A program made the translations under genes and the position numbers. Shown here piece after piece: positions 15,186-24,217 of a stretch of 32,000 bases of DNA (positions are counted from its first letter, which is position 1; the number at the start of each line of letters is the position of its first letter). The stretch lies in contig NZ_CP011034.1 in NCBI RefSeq assembly GCF_001465295.1, positions 1,620,001 through 1,652,000 of the forward strand. Reading direction: 5' to 3'. Under the pieces are notes generated by a model, which saw only the letters and a program-made list of their open reading frames with translations, searched no databases and was not told where the DNA came from. The DNA comes from Pseudoalteromonas translucida KMM 520. Lineage in GTDB: Bacteria > Pseudomonadota > Gammaproteobacteria > Enterobacterales > Alteromonadaceae.

Positions 15186-17468
15186 TTAAATTTTACATGC
15201 GCCGCCTGCGCAATCATCATCTTCAAGATCCGGTGTATCTTCTTGTGCATCAGATGCACCATCGCGGGTATTGTGATAGTACAAGGTTTTAACACCCAGT
15301 TTGTAGGCGCTAAGCAAATCTTTTAATAAGACTTTCATCGGTACACGACCGCCTTCAAACTTACCTGGATCATAATTTGTATTGGCCGAAATAGACTGGT
15401 CAATAAATTTTTGCATTATACCCACAAGTTGTAAGTAACCATCATTTGAAGGAATATCCCACAGTAACTCGTAGTTATCTTTTAAACGTTCATATTCAGG
15501 TACAACTTGCTTTAAAATACCGTCTTTACTTGCTTTAACGCTAATATGACCACGTGGTGGCTCAATACCGTTTGTTGCGTTAGAAATTTGCGACGATGTT
15601 TCTGATGGCATTAGCGCACTTACTGTTGAGTTACGCATACCGTGCTCTTTAATGCTGGCACGTAATGCATCCCAGTCAAGGTGCAATGGCTCATCACAAA
15701 TTTTGTCAAGATCTCGCTTGTACGTATCTGTTGGCATTATACCTTGAGAGTAGGTTGTTTCGTTAAACTTAGGACATGCACCACGCTCTTTAGCAAGCTC
15801 GTTTGATGCTTTCATTAAGTAGTATTGAATTGCTTCAAATGTTTTGTGCGTAAGTGCATTTGCGCTGCCATCTGAATAACGTTTACCGTTTTTAGCTAGG
15901 TAGTATGCGTAGTTAATTACGCCTATTCCTAGAGTACGACGACCCATAGTGGCATTTTTTGCAGCCGGTACAGGGTAGTCTTGAAAATCAAGTAAGTTAT
16001 CTAAAGCGCGTACAGCAAGCTCAGCTAATTCTTCAAGTTCATCTAGTGACTCAATAGCCCCTAAGTTAAAGGCAGAAAGTGTACATAGCGCAATTTCGCC
16101 TTCTTCGTCGTTTACGTTATCCAACGGCTTAGTTGGTAATGCAATTTCTAAACATAAATTAGATTGACGAATAGGTGCCACTTTAGCAATGAACGGGCTG
16201 TGCGTATTACAGTGGTCAACGTTTTGTAAGTAAATACGACCAGTACTTGCACGTTCTTGAGCAAACATTGAGAACAGTTCAATGGCTTTAATGCGTTTTT
16301 TACGAATTGATTCGTCTTGTTCGTATTTTACGTAAAGCGCGTCAAACTCGTCTTGGTCTTCAAAAAATGCATCGTAAAGGCCTGGCACATCAGAGGGGCT
16401 AAACAAGGTAATGTAGTCGTCTTTAATTAAACGCGAGTACATTAGTTTATTAAACTGCACACCGTAATCTAAATGACGCACGCGGTTGTCATCAACCCCG
16501 CGGTTATTTTTAAGTACTAACAGGTTTTCTACTTCTAAATGCCAAAGCGGGTAGAACAAGGTTGCTGCGCCGCCACGTACACCACCTTGCGAACAGCTTT
16601 TAACCGCTGTTTGAAAGTGCTTATAAAAAGGAATACACCCAGTATGGTACGCTTCGCCATTGCGAATATGGCTGCCCAGCGCACGAATACGGCCTGCGTT
16701 AATACCAATGCCGGCACGTTGCGATACGTATTTAACAATTGCAGACGAGGTGGCGTTAATAGAATCAAGGCTGTCGCCACATTCAATTAATACACACGAG
16801 CTAAACTGGCGTGTTGGGGTACGTACACCTGCCATAATTGGCGTAGGTAATGAAATTTTAAACAATGAAATCGCATCGTAAAAACGTTTTATATACGCAA
16901 TACGTGTGTCGCGAGGGTAGTCAGCAAATAAGCTAGCAGCGACTAAAATATATAAAAACTGCGCGCTTTCATAAATCTCACCGGTTACACGGTTTTGAAC
17001 TAAGTATTTACCTTCAAGCTGTTTAACCGCAGCATAACTAAAGTTAAGGTCGCGGCTGTGATCTAGGTATTCGTCTAATTCGTCAAGCTCTTGCTCGGTA
17101 TAATCTACCAGTAGATGAGCGTCGTAGCGCTTGTCGCCAACCATTTTTGTTACATGATCAAATAAACGTGGTGGCTCAAATTGGCCATACGCTTTTTTAC
17201 GTAAATGGAATACAGCTAAACGTGCAGACAAATACTGATAATCAGGAGATTCTTTTGAAATCTGATCAGCTGCAGCTTTAATGATGGTTTCGTGAATATC
17301 TTTAGTACGAATACCATCGTAAAATTGAATGTGTGATTTTAATTCAACTTGCGAAACCGAAACGTTATTTAACCCTTCGGCGGCCCATTCAATAACGCGA
17401 TGGATCTTGTCAAGATCAAGTGGCTCTTTACGGCCGTCACGTTTGCTTACAGATAACTGTTGGTTCAT
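15186..17468 (-). CDS. nrdA: Ribonucleotide-diphosphate reductase class Ia, alpha subunit
   Basis: The 760-aa ORF has an ATP-cone N-terminus (VSKRDGRKEPLDLDKIHRVIEWA), catalytic motifs (SSCVLIE, NLCLEI, PSETSS) and a C-terminal CxxxxC tail. Confidence 0.96.
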   Translation of the reverse strand: MNQQLSVSKRDGRKEPLDLDKIHRVIEWAAEGLNNVSVSQVELKSHIQFYDGIRTKDIHETIIKAAADQISKESPDYQYLSARLAVFHLRKKAYGQFEPPRLFDHVTKMVGDKRYDAHLLVDYTEQELDELDEYLDHSRDLNFSYAAVKQLEGKYLVQNRVTGEIYESAQFLYILVAASLFADYPRDTRIAYIKRFYDAISLFKISLPTPIMAGVRTPTRQFSSCVLIECGDSLDSINATSSAIVKYVSQRAGIGINAGRIRALGSHIRNGEAYHTGCIPFYKHFQTAVKSCSQGGVRGGAATLFYPLWHLEVENLLVLKNNRGVDDNRVRHLDYGVQFNKLMYSRLIKDDYITLFSPSDVPGLYDAFFEDQDEFDALYVKYEQDESIRKKRIKAIELFSMFAQERASTGRIYLQNVDHCNTHSPFIAKVAPIRQSNLCLEIALPTKPLDNVNDEEGEIALCTLSAFNLGAIESLDELEELAELAVRALDNLLDFQDYPVPAAKNATMGRRTLGIGVINYAYYLAKNGKRYSDGSANALTHKTFEAIQYYLMKASNELAKERGACPKFNETTYSQGIMPTDTYKRDLDKICDEPLHLDWDALRASIKEHGMRNSTVSALMPSETSSQISNATNGIEPPRGHISVKASKDGILKQVVPEYERLKDNYELLWDIPSNDGYLQLVGIMQKFIDQSISANTNYDPGKFEGGRVPMKVLLKDLLSAYKLGVKTLYYHNTRDGASDAQEDTPDLEDDDCAGGACKI

Positions 17469-17592
17469 AGTTTTGCCTGTATTCCTTGGGAATTATGTAT
17501 TTTGACCAATGTTTATGCCTCGCTGAAGCAAGGTTGATACTTGTTTAGTATAAATTACATTAAATTGGAGAATTTAATTGAATAACATTTGG

Positions 17593-17656
17593 CCACAATA
17601 TCTGGTGCTGTTCTATTTAATGATCACAAGATAGTGTGGTCTGAGTTCATTTGCAA
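17593..17656 (-). promoter_or_regulatory. nrdA promoter with proximal tandem NrdR boxes
   Basis: On the minus strand, TTGCAA (17656-17651), a 17-nt spacer and TATCTT (17633-17628) form the promoter. The NrdR-like 16-mers are 17624-17639 (tcacaagatagtgtgg) and 17593-17608 (ccacaatatctggtgc). Each matches about 12 of 16 positions of acaCwAtATaTwGtgt. Their starts are 31 bp apart, the classic spacing, with one box over the -10 and one downstream. Confidence 0.65.
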
Positions 17657-17892
17657 GAGGTAGAATTAGCTCTATTAGTAGATAATGAGGAGATATAGCC
17701 TCTGTGTTAGTAGACACTCACCTTCGAACAATCATTTAAGGTGAAATATGCAAAAATCAACTAATGATCTGCTAAATTTATGTATTTTTAAAATAAATTC
17801 AGACTGCTTTTTTTATCACCAAGCCTTGCGTAAAAACTAACTTAATCACAATATATAGTGTTTATTAATTAACATAGCACTATATATGGTTG
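17628..17892. repeat. nrdA regulatory module, copy 1 (265 bp), duplicated at +663 bp
   Basis: An ungapped hand alignment with 18291-18555 gives 212 of 265 identical positions (80%) and no indels. Similarity ends abruptly at both ends. Confidence 0.85.
17846..17892. promoter_or_regulatory. Distal tandem NrdR boxes (copy 1)
   Basis: tcacaatatatagtgt (17846-17861) matches 15 of 16 consensus positions. gcactatatatggttg (17877-17892) matches about 11 of 16. The spacing is 31 bp. Confidence 0.6.
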
Positions 17893-17980
17893 AGCTGAGT
17901 TTTTGTATGAGATACTTGGTTGTTATATATAAGATTGAGGCAAGGCTGTTTTCACAGATATAGTAGTATTGGAATGCTAG

Positions 17981-18007
17981 ATATAAAAAAGGGCTAAAAA
18001 TTAGCCC
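17981..18007 (-). terminator. Intrinsic terminator on the minus strand within the gph-nrdA spacer
   Basis: The minus strand reads gggctaa-ttt-ttagccc (7-bp stem) followed by TTTTTTAT. On the plus strand the downstream sequence is not T-rich. Confidence 0.6.
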
Positions 18008-18215
18008 ATTTAGATTTAGATTATGAACAAACTGCACAGAGTTATAATAGCTTTAGAAACAATCATTATAACATTTTCCGAAACTTCTATAGAAATACTT
18101 ATTTTCAATTTTAATTACCCGAAATTTTATCTTGTACTTGCCGACAATTTCAGAATAAGTTACGCTAAATTTTGTAAAACCAAGCGCTTTGCTGAAATTT
18201 TAGCAAGTGTCTTTA

Positions 18216-18243
18216 CTAACACCATATATCAGTATGGTGTTAG
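18216..18243. other. Perfect 11-bp stem-loop in the spacer
   Basis: The stem is ctaacaccata-tatcag-tatggtgttag. On the plus strand ccctccacTTTTaTaaaa follows, a weak terminator at best. On the minus strand the hairpin would lie about 50-80 nt into a transcript from the orphan promoter. Confidence 0.4.
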
Positions 18244-18290
18244 CCCCTCCACTTTTATAAAATGTTAATTTCATCAAAGCGTTACTGAGA

Positions 18291-18319
18291 AAGATAATGT
18301 GGTCTGCGTTGTTTTGCAA
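18291..18319 (-). promoter_or_regulatory. Orphan duplicate of the nrdA promoter
   Basis: On the minus strand, TTGCAA (18319-18314), a 17-nt spacer and TATCTT (18296-18291) have the same hexamers and spacing as the nrdA promoter. Only the left part of the overlapping NrdR box is retained. Confidence 0.45.
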
Positions 18320-18339
18320 GGGGCAGAATTGCCCCTAAT

Positions 18340-18348
18340 TGTGGATAA
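18340..18348 (-). promoter_or_regulatory. Perfect DnaA box (TTATCCACA on the minus strand)
   Basis: TGTGGATAA on the plus strand is a 9 of 9 match to the consensus and lies 21 bp upstream of the orphan -35. A 7 of 9 box (tcgggataa) follows at 18351-18359. The homologous position in copy 1 (17677-17685, agtagataa) matches only 7 of 9. Confidence 0.45.
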
Positions 18349-18508
18349 CGTCGGGATAACACATTTGTGTTAGTAGGCATTAACCTTCTAACATTCAGTT
18401 AAGTTAAAATTTACAAAAGTAAACGCAGGATCTACTAAATTTACGCTTTTTAAAAATATATTTTGACTGCTTTTTTTATCAGCAGGCTTTGTGTGAAAAC
18501 TAACACAA

Positions 18509-18555
18509 TCACAATATATAGTGTTTAATAATTAACATAGCACTATATATGGTTA
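18509..18555. promoter_or_regulatory. Distal tandem NrdR boxes (copy 2), overlapping the gph stop codon
   Basis: The boxes are tcacaatatatagtgt (18509-18524) and gcactatatatggtta (18540-18555), 31 bp apart. This stretch is 45 of 47 identical to copy 1. Confidence 0.55.
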
Positions 18556-19223
18556 AAACCTTCAATAGGGCTTTGCCAATTAAAATCGGCCTGCCAGCTC
18601 AAAACTTCGGTTAAGTTAGGCACGTAACCCCAAAGTGCAGTTGCGGTGTGCATACCCGCCGCTTTACCTGCTTGAATGTCACGCAAAGCATCGCCAATGT
18701 ACAAGCAGCGATTTGGCGCAACGTCCATTAGCTTGGCACAATGCAGTAATGGTAAAGGCGAAGGTTTAGCTTCAGCTAAAGTATCGCCACTAATAACCAC
18801 ACAGGCATTTTTTAAAGCAGGGATAGCGGCCACTAAAGGATCGGTTAAAAATCCGGGTTTGTTAGTCATGATCCCCCATTTGATGTTTTTTCGCTCCAGT
18901 TCGATAAGTAGTGGCTCAATACCAGCAAAGCACGTGGTGTGTTTGGCTATGTTAGCCGCGTAAGCGTCAATTAATTGCTTAACGAGTTGTGCTTGCGGTT
19001 GCTCAAACCATTTATCTTTAAAGCCGACTGCTAACAAGGCTGCTGCGCCATTAGATGCAGCAGCGCGATATATCTCACGACTTACTGTATCTAATTGCTG
19101 TGAACGCAGCACGGTATTTAAAGCTGCACCTAAGTCATCGGCGGTATCGAGTAAAGTGCCATCTAAGTCAAATAAAAAAGCATCGTACTCTATAGTGGGT
19201 GACGTTGATTGAGAGCTGGCCAT
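18543..19223 (-). CDS. gph: HAD-superfamily phosphatase, phosphoglycolate phosphatase-like (Gph/MupP group)
   Basis: HAD motif I is FDLDGTLLDT, motif II is TNK, and motif III/IV is K…GD…D. It is coupled to ubiG by a TAATG overlap, the ubiG-gph/mupP arrangement common in gammaproteobacteria. The exact substrate cannot be assigned from sequence. Confidence 0.75.
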   Translation of the reverse strand: MASSQSTSPTIEYDAFLFDLDGTLLDTADDLGAALNTVLRSQQLDTVSREIYRAAASNGAAALLAVGFKDKWFEQPQAQLVKQLIDAYAANIAKHTTCFAGIEPLLIELERKNIKWGIMTNKPGFLTDPLVAAIPALKNACVVISGDTLAEAKPSPLPLLHCAKLMDVAPNRCLYIGDALRDIQAGKAAGMHTATALWGYVPNLTEVLSWQADFNWQSPIEGFNHI

Positions 19224-19933
19224 TACGCTAACTTCTCAAAATGCAGAATATAATTTACGCTTACGTCGGTATTAAGCGAGTACTGCTTAGATAATGGATT
19301 ATAAGATAACCCAGCACTGGCGCGTACTTTTAAACCCGCTTGTTCAGCCCAGGCAATTAACTGTGCTGGTTTAATAAACTTTTTGTGATCGTGAGTGCCT
19401 TCAGGCACCATTTTTAATAGCTTTTCTGCACCAATAATGGCGTACAAATAGGCTTTAGGGGTTTTATTAAGTGTTGAGAAAAACACATTAGCACCGGGTT
19501 TTGCAAGCTCAGCAACAGCATGAATAATAGAAGCCGGATCGGGTACATGTTCCAGCATTTCCATACAGGTTACTACATCAAAGCGAGCAGGGTGCTCGGA
19601 TGCGTATTGTTCAGCTGGTACTTTAATATACTCTACATGTACGCCTGTCTCTAGGCTGTGTAATTTGGCAACAGTTAAAGGCTCTTGGCCCATATCTATG
19701 CCGGTTACCTTTGCCCCCATGCGCGCCATGCTTTGGCTTAAAATACCGCCGCCACAACCTACGTCTAGTGTTTCTTTGTCAAATAAACCGCCAGTTTTAT
19801 TGGCTATAAAGTCTAAACGTAAGGGGTTTATTTCGTGAAGCGGTTTAAATTCCCCGTCTAAATCCCACCACCGCTCTGCGATGGCCTCAAATTTTGCAAT
19901 TTCTGCGTGATCTACATTTTGATGTTCGGTCAT
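19223..19933 (-). CDS. ubiG: Bifunctional 3-demethylubiquinone / 2-polyprenyl-6-hydroxyphenol O-methyltransferase
   Basis: The ORF has the SAM-binding motif [10 protein letters not shown] and the UbiG-type N-terminus (EI.KF…[16 protein letters not shown]). I prefer the ATG at 19933 (MTEHQNVD…), which has a GAGGAAG SD, over the track start at 19990. Confidence 0.9.
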   Translation of the reverse strand: MTEHQNVDHAEIAKFEAIAERWWDLDGEFKPLHEINPLRLDFIANKTGGLFDKETLDVGCGGGILSQSMARMGAKVTGIDMGQEPLTVAKLHSLETGVHVEYIKVPAEQYASEHPARFDVVTCMEMLEHVPDPASIIHAVAELAKPGANVFFSTLNKTPKAYLYAIIGAEKLLKMVPEGTHDHKKFIKPAQLIAWAEQAGLKVRASAGLSYNPLSKQYSLNTDVSVNYILHFEKLA

Positions 19934-20110
19934 AAAATACTTCCTCGTCAATCTGGGGGCATTATATAGGGCTAAATTGGTAAATCGCAAAGTTTTGCGC
20001 CTGTAAATCTAAATAAATTGTGGTAGCATGTTTCTTTAGCAATAATAACAAATTCTCTTGATACCTAATAGTGGGTGTTTAAGAGCTGATACTGAAGGAA
20101 TGTGATATCA

Positions 20111-22810
20111 ATGACTGATCTCGCCCATGGCATTCTGCCAGTCAATATTGAAGACGAGTTAAAAAACTCCTACTTAGATTACGCAATGAGCGTAATTGTA
20201 GGACGTGCATTACCAGACGTGCGTGATGGCTTAAAACCTGTTCACCGCCGCGTTTTGTTTGCAATGAACGAGCTTAGTAATGATTGGAACAAGCCTTACA
20301 AAAAATCGGCACGTGTTGTCGGTGACGTAATCGGTAAATACCACCCACACGGCGATAGTGCTGTTTACGACACTATAGTACGTATGGCACAGCCATTCTC
20401 ACTGCGTTATATGCTAGTAGATGGTCAAGGTAACTTCGGTTCGGTTGATGGTGATTCAGCAGCGGCAATGCGTTATACAGAAGTACGTATGGCAAAAATG
20501 TCGCATGAATTATTAGCCGATCTTGAAAAAGAAACGGTTGATTTCGTTCCTAACTACGACGGCACTGAGCAAATCCCTGACGTTTTACCGACCAGAGTTC
20601 CTAACTTATTAGTAAACGGTTCATCGGGTATTGCGGTAGGTATGGCAACAAACATTCCACCTCATAACTTAACTGAAGTGGTAAATGGCTGTTTAGCACT
20701 CATTCAAAACCCTGAATTATCTATTTTAGAGTTAATGGATTATATCCCGGGCCCAGATTTTCCAACTGCTGCAATTATCAACGGTAAAAAAGGCATAGAG
20801 CAAGCCTATTTAACTGGCCGTGGTAAAGTGTACATGCGTGCCCGCGCTGAAATAGAAGTAGATGAAAAAACGCATCGTGAAACTATTATTGTTCACGAAA
20901 TACCTTATCAAGTTAACAAAGCGCGCCTAATTGAAAAAATTGCCGAGCTGGTTAAAGATAAAAAAATTGAAGGTATTAGTGCGCTACGTGATGAATCAGA
21001 TAAAGACGGTATGCGTATCGTTATTGAGATTAAACGTGGTGACGTAGGCGAAGTTATTTTAAATAATTTATATGCGCAAACGCAGTTACAAACTGTGTTT
21101 GGTATGAATATGGTTGCGTTAATTAACAACCAGCCTAAGTGCTTTAATTTAAAAGAAATGCTTGAAGAGTTTATTATTCATCGCCGTGAAGTAGTAACTC
21201 GTCGTACTGTTTTTGATTTACGCAAAGCACGTGACCGTGCACATATGCTAGAAGGTTTAGCAATTGCACTGGCAAACATTGACCCAATTATTGAGCTTAT
21301 TCGTAATTCACCAACACCTGCTGAAGCAAAAGTTGCTTTAACAGCGCGCTCGTGGGAATTAGGTAATGTAAAAGCCATGCTTGATAAAGCAGGCGAAGAC
21401 AACGTTGCACGCCCAGATTGGTTGGCTGCTGAGTTAGGTATTCGCGATGGTCAATACTTTATTTCTGAGCAACAAGCCCAAGCAATTCTAGATTTACGCT
21501 TACATAAGCTAACGGGTTTAGAACACGAAAAGATTCTAACTGAATACCAATCGTTATTAGATTTAATTGCTGAGCTATTATATATTTTGGCAACACCAGA
21601 GCGTTTAATGGAAGTTATTCGCGATGAGTTAGTTGAAATTAAAGCGCAATATGGTGATGAGCGTCGTACTGAAATTAACGCCGCAGCACACGATATTAGC
21701 CTTGAAGATTTAATTACCGAAGAGAACGTAGTCGTAACGCTTTCTCACGAAGGTTATGTTAAGTATCAGGCTCTGTCTGATTACGAAGCACAGCGTCGTG
21801 GTGGTAAGGGTAAATCGGCAACTAAGATGAAAGATGAAGATTTCATTGAACGTTTATTAGTTGCTAATACGCACGATACTATATTGTGTTTCTCAACGGC
21901 TGGTCGTTTATATTGGCTTAAAGTGTATCAGTTACCACTTGCAAGTCGTGCAGCGCGCGGCAAACCAATTGTTAACTTATTACCACTTGAGGCAGATGAG
22001 CGTATTACCGCTATATTGCCAGTACGCGAGTACGCAGAAGATAAATACATCTTTATGGCAACCGCATTTGGTACAGTAAAGAAAACACCACTAACGGCAT
22101 ACAGCCGTCAACGTGCAAGCGGTATTATTGCGGTTAACCTAAATGAAGGCGATAGCCTAATTGGTGTTGATGTTACCGATGGCAGCAACGAAATTATGTT
22201 GTTTACCGATGCAGGTAAAGTAGTACGCTTTAAAGAAGCAGAAGAAACAACGGTTGTTGATGAAAACGGTAACCCAGTACTAGACGAAGAAGGTAACCCT
22301 GAGATTCGCTTCAAAGGTGTTCGTCCTATGGGTCGTACAGCTACAGGTGTTCGTGGTATTAAAATGCCTGAAGAACAACGCGTAGTATCGCTAATTGTAC
22401 CTAAAACGGATGGTGCTATTTTAACCGTGACTGAAAACGGCTACGGTAAACGTACTTTACTTGAAGACTACCCAGCGAAGAGTCGTGCGACTCAAGGTGT
22501 AGTGTCTATTAAAGTAAGTGAGCGTAACGGTGCGGTTGTCGGTGCTGTACAAGTTGACGATAACGATGAAATAATGATTATTTCAAATCGTGGTACCTTA
22601 GTACGAACTCGCGTTAATGAAGTTTCTACGGTTGGACGTAACACGCAAGGTGTTATTTTGATCAGAACTATTGACGAAGAGCAAGTAGTTGGTTTACAAC
22701 GTATAGAAGAGATTGAAGTTACCGAAAGTGACTTAATCGATATCGAAGACGTCGAAACAGTTGATACGGTTATTGATGAAGTAGCGGATGATAATCCTCC
22801 TTCAGAATAA
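20111..22810 (+). CDS. gyrA: DNA gyrase subunit A
   Basis: It is collinear with E. coli GyrA from [47 protein letters not shown]. The QRDR reads [15 protein letters not shown], the wild-type Ser83/Asp87 equivalents. The C-terminal tail is acidic. I prefer the ATG at 20111 over the GTG at 20102. Confidence 0.96.
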   Translation: MTDLAHGILPVNIEDELKNSYLDYAMSVIVGRALPDVRDGLKPVHRRVLFAMNELSNDWNKPYKKSARVVGDVIGKYHPHGDSAVYDTIVRMAQPFSLRYMLVDGQGNFGSVDGDSAAAMRYTEVRMAKMSHELLADLEKETVDFVPNYDGTEQIPDVLPTRVPNLLVNGSSGIAVGMATNIPPHNLTEVVNGCLALIQNPELSILELMDYIPGPDFPTAAIINGKKGIEQAYLTGRGKVYMRARAEIEVDEKTHRETIIVHEIPYQVNKARLIEKIAELVKDKKIEGISALRDESDKDGMRIVIEIKRGDVGEVILNNLYAQTQLQTVFGMNMVALINNQPKCFNLKEMLEEFIIHRREVVTRRTVFDLRKARDRAHMLEGLAIALANIDPIIELIRNSPTPAEAKVALTARSWELGNVKAMLDKAGEDNVARPDWLAAELGIRDGQYFISEQQAQAILDLRLHKLTGLEHEKILTEYQSLLDLIAELLYILATPERLMEVIRDELVEIKAQYGDERRTEINAAAHDISLEDLITEENVVVTLSHEGYVKYQALSDYEAQRRGGKGKSATKMKDEDFIERLLVANTHDTILCFSTAGRLYWLKVYQLPLASRAARGKPIVNLLPLEADERITAILPVREYAEDKYIFMATAFGTVKKTPLTAYSRQRASGIIAVNLNEGDSLIGVDVTDGSNEIMLFTDAGKVVRFKEAEETTVVDENGNPVLDEEGNPEIRFKGVRPMGRTATGVRGIKMPEEQRVVSLIVPKTDGAILTVTENGYGKRTLLEDYPAKSRATQGVVSIKVSERNGAVVGAVQVDDNDEIMIISNRGTLVRTRVNEVSTVGRNTQGVILIRTIDEEQVVGLQRIEEIEVTESDLIDIEDVETVDTVIDEVADDNPPSE

Positions 22811-22818
22811 TTGAGATT

Positions 22819-22846
22819 AAAAAAGCGGCCTTGGCCGCTTTTTTTA
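22819..22846 (+). terminator. Intrinsic terminator after gyrA
   Basis: aaaaAGCGGC-cttg-GCCGCTttttttt. It is flanked by an A tract and a T tract. Confidence 0.85.
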
Positions 22847-23134
22847 ATCGTGTTGAATAAAACTAATATTAATAATACTGCGCAATAAAATAATTATTAC
22901 AATAGCAAAAAGACTCAATTGCAAGACGTTAATTTATATATATAGTTGTTCTCAGTAATTGTTTTATATTGCTCTGTTGGCTGCATTAATGCAGCCTTAT
23001 AGGTAATGAAAGCTTAAATTCTATAAGCGAGGATATAGCCTGCTTAATGATCATAGCTTTAATTTAATGTGTATAACCTGATTAAATAGTAATCGGGTGT
23101 TTAATTTTTTAATTACTGGAATGAGGAAAAGGTA

Positions 23135-24217
23135 ATGAGTAAGTATAACTTTTGTGCGGGGCCGGCCATGTTACCGCCAGCAGTAATGAAAAAAGCACAA
23201 CAAGAATTTATAGATTGGCAAGGTTTGGGTGTATCGGTGATGGAAATGAGTCACCGTAGTAAAGAGTTTTTAGCGCTCACAAAAAAATGTGAAGCGAGCC
23301 TGCGTCGTTTAATGAATATTAGCGATAAATTTGAAGTGCTGTTTATGCATGGTGGCGGTCGCGGTCAATTTAGTGCTGTGCCATTAAATTTACATCAGGA
23401 AAATAAATCAGCGGTTTACTGCGAAAACGGCGTTTGGTCAAAAAGTGCAACGGATGAAGCAAATAAGTTTACCCAAACTACTGCTATTGATGTACGTAAC
23501 GATACCGATGGTCAGTTCTCGATTAAAGCAGTGGCTGACTGGCAATTACCAGCAGATGCGTCGTACATTCACTATTGCCCTAACGAAACCGTTGATGGCT
23601 TAGAGATTTTTGATGTACCGAGTCATCCAACAGCGCCAATTATCGCAGATATGTCGTCAACTATTTTATCGCGTGAAATTGACGTTAATCAATTTGATTT
23701 AATTTACGCCGGCGCACAAAAAAATATAGGTCCTTCTGGCATTGCAATCGTTATCGTACGTAAAACATTACTAGCACGTGAAGGACTACCTAAGCCAGGT
23801 ATTTTAGATTATGCACTAGAGGCCAAGCAGGGCAGTATGTTTAATACGCCACCAACATTTGCATGGTATTTAGCGGCTGAAGTATTCCAATGGCTTGAGC
23901 AAAATGGCGGTGTAAAAGCCATGGAAGCACAAAATATTGCAAAAGCTGAACTACTTTATAATTTTATTGATAATTCTGATTTTTATTCTAATAAAGTAGC
24001 TAAGCATAGCCGCTCGCGTATGAACGTCCCTTTTTGGTTAAATGACGAAAGCTTAAACAGTAAATTTGTTGCTCAATCAAACGAAGCGGGCTTGCTAGCA
24101 CTCGAAGGCCATAGAATTGTAGGTGGAATGCGCGCCAGTATTTACAACGCAATGCCACTTGAGGGAGTGCAAGCGCTTGTTGACTTTATGGCTGCCTTTG
24201 CAAAGGAAAATAGCTAA
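23135..24217 (+). CDS. serC: Phosphoserine aminotransferase
   Basis: The 360-aa ORF begins [11 protein letters not shown], contains a PLP-Lys region ([10 protein letters not shown]) and is preceded by an SD (aggaaaagg). Confidence 0.94.
   Translation: MSKYNFCAGPAMLPPAVMKKAQQEFIDWQGLGVSVMEMSHRSKEFLALTKKCEASLRRLMNISDKFEVLFMHGGGRGQFSAVPLNLHQENKSAVYCENGVWSKSATDEANKFTQTTAIDVRNDTDGQFSIKAVADWQLPADASYIHYCPNETVDGLEIFDVPSHPTAPIIADMSSTILSREIDVNQFDLIYAGAQKNIGPSGIAIVIVRKTLLAREGLPKPGILDYALEAKQGSMFNTPPTFAWYLAAEVFQWLEQNGGVKAMEAQNIAKAELLYNFIDNSDFYSNKVAKHSRSRMNVPFWLNDESLNSKFVAQSNEAGLLALEGHRIVGGMRASIYNAMPLEGVQALVDFMAAFAKENS

Larger units (their letters stand above)
18291..18555. repeat. nrdA regulatory module, copy 2 (orphan copy, 265 bp)
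   Basis: See copy 1. The right end coincides with the gph stop codon region (…aaccatatatag). Confidence 0.85.

Noticed and set aside
16535-16881. ORFs on both strands inside nrdA (16535-16786 minus, 16539-16790 plus, 16660-16881 plus)
   Set aside because: They lie wholly within the conserved NrdA coding sequence and have no start-site signals. They are frame or antisense artefacts.
17846-18268. Small ORFs in the gph-nrdA spacer (63 aa, minus strand, 17846-18037; 81 aa, plus strand, 18023-18268)
   Set aside because: Neither has an SD. The minus ORF reads through the terminator hairpin and into the NrdR boxes, and the plus ORF reads through the 11-bp hairpin. Their composition simply reflects AT-rich DNA. 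I kept them only as part of the non-coding transcript hypothesis.
20111-20500. Fluoroquinolone-resistance substitutions in the gyrA QRDR
   Set aside because: The QRDR reads [15 protein letters not shown], the wild-type Ser83/Asp87 equivalents, so no resistance allele is evident.
22930-22950. A TATATATATAG stretch upstream of serC as a possible NrdR box
   Set aside because: Only the AT core matches. The flanking CAC/GTG arms of the NrdR consensus are missing and there is no partner box at 31-32 bp.
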